Source of the DNA: Stenotrophomonas maltophilia phage vB_SmaM_Ps15
Sequence record: OL702939.1
Strand: one strand, 5' to 3'
DNA: 32,000 nucleotides
The translations under genes and the position numbers were made by a program. The notes beneath the pieces are model-generated. The model was not told the origin of the DNA. It searched no databases and was given only the letters and a program-made list of their open reading frames with translations. Position 1 is the stretch's first letter, and each line of letters opens with the position of its first letter. Shown piece after piece: positions 28,895-32,000 of this stretch.

Positions 28895-29330
28895 AATCAT
28901 CGGTGGCGCGATCAATCTGATCGAAGATCCCAGCAACTGGACAACCGGTCAGCTGTTCGATTACGACAAGAACGCCAACAAGACCTGCATGTGCGGTCTC
29001 GGCGCGCTGTCGGCTGCAGCACACAAGATCACGTCCAACGAAGGCAACATCCGCCATCATGAAGACTTCGATATTCTGGAGAACGACGCCTACTGCGCCA
29101 GCGCGGCTGAGCATCGTGCGGCGGTGCGCGCCCTGGCTGAGGCAATCATGCCGGAAGGCTACGTGATGGAGCCGGGCGAGGACATGTATGACATCGTGTA
29201 CACCTTCAACGATGGTAGCAATCCATATCAGCCGAGCGGAGAACCCGATCTGCAAGCGGCGGCATCACATGCTCGGATCATCACAAAACTGAAAGAAGTC
29301 AAGACCCAACTGGAAAAGGAGAACAGGTAA
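28881..29330 (+). CDS. hypothetical protein (149 aa)
   Basis: GGAGG SD. Confidence 0.6.
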   Translation: MKPSEIIGGAINLIEDPSNWTTGQLFDYDKNANKTCMCGLGALSAAAHKITSNEGNIRHHEDFDILENDAYCASAAEHRAAVRALAEAIMPEGYVMEPGEDMYDIVYTFNDGSNPYQPSGEPDLQAAASHARIITKLKEVKTQLEKENR

Positions 29331-29536
29331 TGCAAGAGCTGAACGATCAGAACAAGGTCCAGGAACTGACCCTGCAGGAACACAATTTCGACTCCAAGCG
29401 CACCGAGCTGGCGGGCAAGGTCTTCACTCCGGATATGCTGCGCCGCCTGTTCGGCTCGCGGAAGAACAAGTCGAAGTACAGCCGTAAGAAGCCGGAGCGC
29501 AAGAAGGCTCCGAAGACCTACGGCAAGAACAAGTAA
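29330..29536 (+). CDS. hypothetical protein with a basic C-terminus (68 aa)
   Basis: TAATG overlap start. Confidence 0.55.
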   Translation: MQELNDQNKVQELTLQEHNFDSKRTELAGKVFTPDMLRRLFGSRKNKSKYSRKKPERKKAPKTYGKNK

Positions 29537-29542
29537 TCATGA

Positions 29543-29573
29543 AAGCAGCCCTCTTACGGGTGGAGGGCTGCTT
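29543..29573. terminator. bidirectional terminator hairpin between convergent genes
   Basis: aagcagccctc-ttacgggtg-gagggctgctt (11-bp stem); overlaps the last codons of minus-strand gene 29554..29919. Confidence 0.6.
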
Positions 29574-29919
29574 GGAGTTGAGCTTTCGCGGTCTCTAGTG
29601 TCGCGGCTTGCCTCTTAACAAGTGATGTCAAGAGATCAATTTGAGCTGACTGCGTGGTTGTCTTCGCAGTCAGCTCTCTTACTGTTTGCAAGGCCTGATC
29701 CGCCTCGATTGCTACCTTGTTCAGCTCTTCCTGAGCCGACATCCTAAGATCACGTTCGTAGTCTCTTTGGCGGACAAGATCGTTGATCAGATCTGCCTCG
29801 GCTCTGTCCTTGGCCAACTCTAGCTTATCTCGGCTCCATCTCCGGGCCATCACGCCCAAGCCTGTGATCAGTCCCACAACACCCGACGCCGCAGCAGCAA
29901 TTGCTGTGGTTTCGATCAT
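29554..29919 (-). CDS. membrane-anchored protein with a heptad-like, charged C-terminal region (121 aa)
   Basis: GGAG SD. N-terminal hydrophobic segment TAIAAAASGVVGLITGLGVMA, then an Ala/Leu/Gln/charged region. The plus-strand alternative ORF looks like junk. Confidence 0.65.
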   Translation of the reverse strand: MIETTAIAAAASGVVGLITGLGVMARRWSRDKLELAKDRAEADLINDLVRQRDYERDLRMSAQEELNKVAIEADQALQTVRELTAKTTTQSAQIDLLTSLVKRQAATLETAKAQLQAALHP

Positions 29920-29922
29920 GGG

Positions 29923-30153
29923 TTACTCCAGCCAAGTGATTAGTTTCCTCCGCCATGCTGGCAGAGCATGTTGTTGGTGCCAGACCCGATGGGCATCTAG
30001 ATCGCCATTGTGGAATGCGCGAGAAAGAGCGAGATCCAGTCTCTTGGTGATGCTCTCAATGTTATCCTCCGCTCTGTCCAGTCTTTCATTGACTGTCACC
30101 TGCAGCTCTGTAACCACGGATAGGATCTGAGCTAGGATTCCGTCATCTGTCAT
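29923..30153 (-). CDS. hypothetical protein (76 aa)
   Basis: Its stop lies 3 nt before the next minus-strand ATG; codon usage resembles the tail-fibre module. Confidence 0.6.
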   Translation of the reverse strand: MTDDGILAQILSVVTELQVTVNERLDRAEDNIESITKRLDLALSRAFHNGDLDAHRVWHQQHALPAWRRKLITWLE

Positions 30154-30248
30154 TTGCGTAGGCCCCTGAAAGTCAACTTTATTTACCTTGTAAGTAAATA
30201 GAAAAGAGGGAGCGCAAGCCCCGAAGTCTTAACCACTAAGGAAAGAGC

Positions 30249-30932
30249 ATGGCGGCAGAAACCTACGATCAAATCCGGGCTCGCTCGCCTATCGACACGC
30301 TCCAAGGAACCGAGCTGATTCTTGTACAGGATGGAGGCGTCACCAAGGGTGGCTTCGTCTCTATTCTCAAATCGTATGTGCTGAACGGATTCACAATCCT
30401 AGCAGATGCGATTAGCGACGCGACATCAGTTGGTAAGAGCTTGTTGAAGGCAACCGACCAAGCGGCGGCAAGGTCCGCCATTGGTGCAGCTCCAGTCTAC
30501 ACGACGGTCACTCAGACCGAAGCGGAGGAAGGAACCGCTACCACGGTAAGGAGCTGGACAGCTCAAAGGGTTCGCCAGGCTAGCGAGGCTGCAGCCAATG
30601 CACTGTTCAAGAAGAGTGGTCCTCAATCGAAGACCGCAGCCTTCCCACTGGACGCTTCGATGGTGAAGAGCCAGTTCGTCCAGTACACAGGTGCAACAGC
30701 AATCAACGTGACTCTACCAGCCACCGGCACAACGTTCTCGACAGACATGGATCCTATCCTGGTCCTGAACAACGCATCAGCCGCAGTGAACGTGACACTC
30801 AAGGCGACTTCGCCGGTGACGCTGATCTGCAAGGATGCTTCTGCGGTGACAGCGGGTGAAGTCGTACTACCAAGATACAATAGCGCCAGAGTTCGCATGG
30901 TGAGTGCGGATAAGTGGTTGGTGGAGTACTGA
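30249..30932 (+). CDS. tail-fibre-like structural protein (227 aa)
   Basis: AAGGAAAGAG SD. ARSAIGAAP and TQTEAEEGTATTVRSWTAQRV are motifs recurrent in phage tail-fibre N-terminal regions (from memory). Confidence 0.6.
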   Translation: MAAETYDQIRARSPIDTLQGTELILVQDGGVTKGGFVSILKSYVLNGFTILADAISDATSVGKSLLKATDQAAARSAIGAAPVYTTVTQTEAEEGTATTVRSWTAQRVRQASEAAANALFKKSGPQSKTAAFPLDASMVKSQFVQYTGATAINVTLPATGTTFSTDMDPILVLNNASAAVNVTLKATSPVTLICKDASAVTAGEVVLPRYNSARVRMVSADKWLVEY

Positions 30933-30933
30933 G

Positions 30934-31566
30934 ATGCAGATCCTTTTGCCAGTGGTGACAGCCGACTTCATCGGGCAATGCGCCGCCCTGGATGAAGCGA
31001 TCAGAGAAGCAGCGGTCAACTTCCAGTTCACTTACACAGCCCGCGTTCCGACCTGGGACAACATCTACAATGTCCCGGACGTCGTGACTGAGCTGATCAA
31101 GCACTACACCCTCCGAGGATTCCTCTGTAATTACGATGGCGACGGCGGGAAACTCAGCATCAGCTGGATTGCTCCGAACATGTCGTATCTAGAGGTCAGC
31201 CGCATCACGTTCAGCAATCCAGCGATGATCCCCAGCCTTGGCGTCGGTTTCAGAGCTGGCATGATCTACCTCTGCATGACGAACGGTCAGGACCTCCGGG
31301 CTAACTCAGATCTGACAATGCAGCGCGATCTGTTGCCAGCAATCAAGCAGGCAGCGACATTTGGCGCTCGTCAGCTGACATTCGGATTTGCGGGTTGCCC
31401 ATCAGCTACTGTCGTCGCGCTGTTCAAGGCGACATTCGATATGCTGACGGATCAAGGTTTCCAGATCACATACAACACAACCTCCGGACTGTTCTTCTTG
31501 AAGTGGCCTGACACCTTCCAGATCAACATGTACGCAGGATCGCTATCACAGGTCGTCATTCAATGA
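30934..31566 (+). CDS. hypothetical protein of the tail-fibre module (210 aa)
   Basis: ATG 2 nt after the upstream TGA; GGAG upstream. Confidence 0.6.
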   Translation: MQILLPVVTADFIGQCAALDEAIREAAVNFQFTYTARVPTWDNIYNVPDVVTELIKHYTLRGFLCNYDGDGGKLSISWIAPNMSYLEVSRITFSNPAMIPSLGVGFRAGMIYLCMTNGQDLRANSDLTMQRDLLPAIKQAATFGARQLTFGFAGCPSATVVALFKATFDMLTDQGFQITYNTTSGLFFLKWPDTFQINMYAGSLSQVVIQ

Positions 31567-32000
31567 GTAAGCTGATCGTCGGGCAAGGTGCAGGCGGAGA
31601 GATTGGGATTTGCTACAGCAAGGACCAAAGCCGCGTTGACTACTTGCCGTTGCCTCCTAACCCAGGTGATCCATTGCCGATCATCCCGGTTGAAGGCTAT
31701 GGCGATATGTTCCGGGCAGTCTACGATACGGATGACAATGGTGTAGTTGACAGAGTCGATAAGGTTCTGATCTCGGAGGTCGAGAACCTCCAGGAGACGC
31801 TGGATTCGATCAGCTCACCCGGTGACAAGAACATCATCACGCGCAAGGCGGCAACCAATCTGTCTGCGCTCAAGATCGTCTCGGAGGGTATCAACGGTGT
31901 CTCTCCTCTGAATCCACAGCTCGCCGTCGATGCAATGGGTTTGGTCGGGATCACCTTGGAATCCGGATATCCGGGACAAGAAATCAAGATCCAGGCAGGT
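31563..32000 (+). CDS. tail-fibre-like protein, N-terminal part (continues beyond window)
   Basis: ATGA overlap start. Frame is open to the window end by manual translation. GDMFRAVYDTDDNGVVDRVDKV is a motif common in phage fibre proteins. Confidence 0.6.
   Translation, partial: MSKLIVGQGAGGEIGICYSKDQSRVDYLPLPPNPGDPLPIIPVEGYGDMFRAVYDTDDNGVVDRVDKVLISEVENLQETLDSISSPGDKNIITRKAATNLSALKIVSEGINGVSPLNPQLAVDAMGLVGITLESGYPGQEIKIQAG

Noticed and set aside
29554-29919. i-spanin (Rz) call for the membrane-anchored minus-strand protein, with an embedded or adjacent o-spanin.
   Set aside because: Manual scanning of the alternative frames and the flanks found no lipobox ORF. No holin or endolysin is nearby. 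The architecture alone is not enough.

Overview
The window is a densely packed region of a large virulent dsDNA phage, about 55% GC by eye and almost entirely on the plus strand. All calls are from manual reading; no searches or folding programs were run. Recognisable genes: the 3' end of nrdB, a glutaredoxin/NrdH-like redoxin, an ATP-dependent DNA ligase, a metallophosphoesterase, a T4 PseT-like polynucleotide kinase/phosphatase, a DUF932 protein, ThyX, a NADAR protein and a QueD/PTPS-like protein. Around them are about 55 small hypothetical genes, many chained by ATGA/TGATG start-stop overlaps. Positions 7.8-11.7 kb hold a promoter-driven tRNA island with 20 canonical tRNAs covering 18 amino acids, small protein genes between them, and several tRNA-like or structured RNA segments I could not assign. 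About 15 sigma70-type promoters (TTGACA-17-TAnAAT) are visible, many embedded in hairpins or terminators. At about 29.5 kb a convergent terminator, two minus-strand genes and an AT-rich divergent region lead into a tail-fibre module with different codon usage and GATC density. I saw no CRISPR array, integrase, transposase or rRNA. Most interesting: the tRNA island with its anticodon-loop oddities next to RNA end-healing genes; a 196-nt element closed by an 18-bp perfect inverted repeat; a tandem acidic protein family with a conserved C-terminal W-x-[SP]-S-[HT]-x-C tail; covarying promoter/hairpin cassettes; and NADAR plus QueD-like genes as possible counter-defence or modification functions.
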